Source: Fonticula alba ATCC 38817 (lineage: Eukaryota; Protista; Nucleariida). From it: a DNA stretch of 64,000 nucleotides. The stretch lies in the NCBI GenBank assembly GCA_000388065.2, contig KB932202.1. The stretch is one strand, 5' to 3'. Below are positions 61,726 to 64,000 of this stretch, piece by piece. Both the position numbers and the translations under genes were made by a program. Under the pieces are notes generated by a model. It was given only the letters and a program-made list of their open reading frames with translations. It was not told where the DNA came from and did no database searches. Each line of letters starts with the position of its first letter. Position 1 is the stretch's first letter.

Positions 61726-62332
61726 NNNNNNNNNNNNNNNNNNNNNNNNNNNNNNNNNNNNNNNNNNNNNNNNNNNNNNNNNNNNNNNNNNNNNNNNNNN
61801 NNNNNNNNNNNNNNNNNNNNNNNNNNNNNNNNNNNNNNNNNNNNNNNNNNNNNNNNNNNNNNNNNNNNNNNNNNNNNNNNNNNNNNNNNNNNNNNNNNNN
61901 NNNNNNNNNNNNNNNNNNNNNNNNNNNNNNNNNNNNNNNNNNNNNNNNNNNNNNNNNNNNNNNNNNNNNNNNNNNNNNNNNNNNNNNNNNNNNNNNNNNN
62001 NNNNNNNNNNNNNNNNNNNNNNNNNNNNNNNNNNNNNNNNNNNNNNNNNNNNNNNNNNNNNNNNNNNNNNNNNNNNNNNNNNNNNNNNNNNNNNNNNNNN
62101 NNNNNNNNNNNNNNNNNNNNNNNNNNNNNNNNNNNNNNNNNNNNNNNNNNNNNNNNNNNNNNNNNNNNNNNNNNNNNNNNNNNNNNNNNNNNNNNNNNNN
62201 NNNNNNNNNNNNNNNNNNNNNNNNNNNNNNNNNNNNNNNNNNNNNNNNNNNNNNNNNNNNNNNNNNNNNNNNNNNNNNNNNNNNNNNNNNNNNNNNNNNN
62301 NNNNNNNNNNNNNNNNNNNNCCCCCCCCCCCC
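61686..62332. other. 595-N assembly gap (61726-62320) flanked by poly-C (40 C left, 12 C right)
   Basis: Direct reading. Other N gaps: 8829-8925, 22473-22482, 35134-35168, 41313-41387, 49008-49119, 51150-51239; nearly all sit next to G/C homopolymers. Confidence 0.97.
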
Positions 62333-63112
62333 TCGCGCACCCCCTGGGGGAAGCCCGATGTGAAAGCCCGTTGCCCCCCACCGCGAAGGGGGCCCTGTGT
62401 GGGGCTCCCCAGCCGGCAGCGGAATGCCCCCGCTTCTCGGTCCTTCTCGCTCGTGTCCCCGACTTGACTCTTTGTCTGGACGTCCTCGGTCGCCTGGCTC
62501 TTCCGCGCCCCCCCCCCCCTTCCTGCCCTTCGGGGCGACCGGCTCCTGGACAATGAGACGGTGTCGGCCGCGGGCCGACCCCTTGCCATGAAGTTGGCGA
62601 CTGCTGCCTGCCTCAGCGGAAGGCCCAACATGCATGGGCTGGCGTGCGGTCGAATGCGCTCAGCCAGCCGAGGAACACTGGCCAGCTCAACTCCCCGAGA
62701 GGGGGTCATTCTCAGGGTGCTCCGGGGTCTGGAACGGGCTCACTGACACCATTAATTCCCCCCGGCTGCCACATTCGGTAGGCGGCTGGGCCTTCCCCAG
62801 GTGGTGATGGACACGCGGCCCACGCTCGGGCGCCGCCGCGCGCACCGGCGTGAGTGCAGTCGCCGGCCTCTTGGCGGCCCACCAGAGCCCCACGATTCGG
62901 CTCCTCTGACTTCTTGGGCCACCCCCGGGCGAGCTCAACGGAAGCCGTGCCGGCGCCACGACCTCGCCGCGTCCTCGGCTCCAAGGGGGCGTGCACGGCG
63001 CTGTGTGTCATCACCAGTCGACCCATGCTCTCATGGCGTGCGCGCCCCCGGTCCTCGGGCCCACCCCCCAACCTGGTCCCGGGGGTGTGCCCCGACCTGG
63101 CTCGGCAGGTCT

Positions 63113-63190
63113 CGGCACGGCACGGCACGGCACGGCACGGCACGGCACGGCACGGCACGGCACGGCACGACACGGCACGGCACGGCACGG
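63113..63190. repeat. (CGGCA)n pentanucleotide microsatellite, ~15 units with one CGACA variant
   Basis: Direct reading of the tandem array. Confidence 0.97.
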
Positions 63191-64000
63191 GTCCGGCACA
63201 TCCACCCGGCCGCCGGCCAGCCCTTCGCCGTTGCATCCACATACACTGCCCATTGTGTGCTGGTTTCCTTTTGAAGGCGCGCCTGGAGCCCTGCCCCTGG
63301 GCGAGAACTCACCTCCGGCCCTCGGAGGGCACCACCCCAACACCGGGCGCTCGCGGGCAGGCCGCAGCCTCTGGCCCGAAAAATGGCACCGCCATTGACC
63401 CAGCCAGACCATTGCGGAATGCCAACCCCCTCCCCATTCTCCAGGCGCGCGCCTCGCGCGCCGCCCCCGCCAGCCAGGGACTCGGGGAACAGGGGGCAGG
63501 GGCGATTCCAAGACACCCGCGCGGGTTCCGGCCGATGTGCCGGATCTGGCCGTTTCAGCCCAAGGAACGCATCGCCACGCCTTCCCCCCGCCCCCCCGCG
63601 CGCGTTGCCCAACGTCCCGCTCCTTGCCACGCCCGAGCCTGCCAGCCAGGCATTCACATGCCGGCGGACCCAATCCCGCGGGGATCCTCCACCATCCATC
63701 AGCCCCCAGGCGCCGCCGGAGCGGGGAATAACAACGCCCTGCGGTTCCACCCCGATCCCCCCGCACACCCGGGCGCGCCTGATGCCCGAGGAAGGAAGGA
63801 CCGCGCGCCAACGGCTTGCGGAATTTGCCCGCACATATTCCCCCCGCCGGTCACCGGTGCCTTTATTGCGTCCGGAGAAAGGTGTACACCAGCATTTGGG
63901 CATCACACACGGCCGACCGCCCGGGAGGAATGTCGCTTGGTGATATGTGCCGGACAGGCCGCGCGGGCACCACGCTACAGTACGAACCACTCGCCCCCCC

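Noticed and set aside
61067-62709. Long ORFs spanning the 595-N gap
   Set aside because: Artefacts of N and poly-C/G sequence lacking stop codons.
63113-63190. CRISPR or telomere interpretation of the tandem array
   Set aside because: Spacer-less 5-bp microsatellite, internal to the scaffold, with no cas genes.

Overview
GC-rich, intron-rich eukaryotic scaffold with many poly-C/poly-G tracts and seven N gaps. Composition, GTRYGY splice donors and low-complexity protein insertions suggest an opisthokont protist such as Fonticula (inference; not verifiable here). By manual exon joining I find 12 spliced protein-coding genes: NEO1/ATP9 P4-ATPase (-, runs off the left edge), a TRAPPC10/Trs130-like subunit (+), a mitochondrial thiamine-pyrophosphate carrier (-), a PH + OSBP-domain protein (-), DENR (+), STRIP/Far11 (+), fimbrin (-), VPS11 (-), PRCC-like (+), glyoxalase II (-), PRPF4 (-) and a GRAM-GRAM-TBC protein of the TBC1D8/9 type (-). 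There are also two intronless tRNA genes, Val-AAC and Asp-GTC, in a final ~8 kb stretch where I recognise no protein gene. Most ORFs in the supplied six-frame track are GC-rich shadow ORFs. I found no CRISPR array, rRNA or recognisable transposon, and no clearly new multi-gene system. Best leads: (1) an OSBP-related protein that has lost the EQVSHHPP/KPFN PI4P-binding signature; (2) a weakly supported structured-ncRNA candidate with RNase MRP-like motifs upstream of tRNA-Val; (3) a ~125-aa His/Asp-rich insertion in the flippase P domain; (4) a clathrin-box/DPF tail on the TBC protein; (5) an unusual splice-signal architecture. All protein identities come from recalled motif similarity, not database searches.
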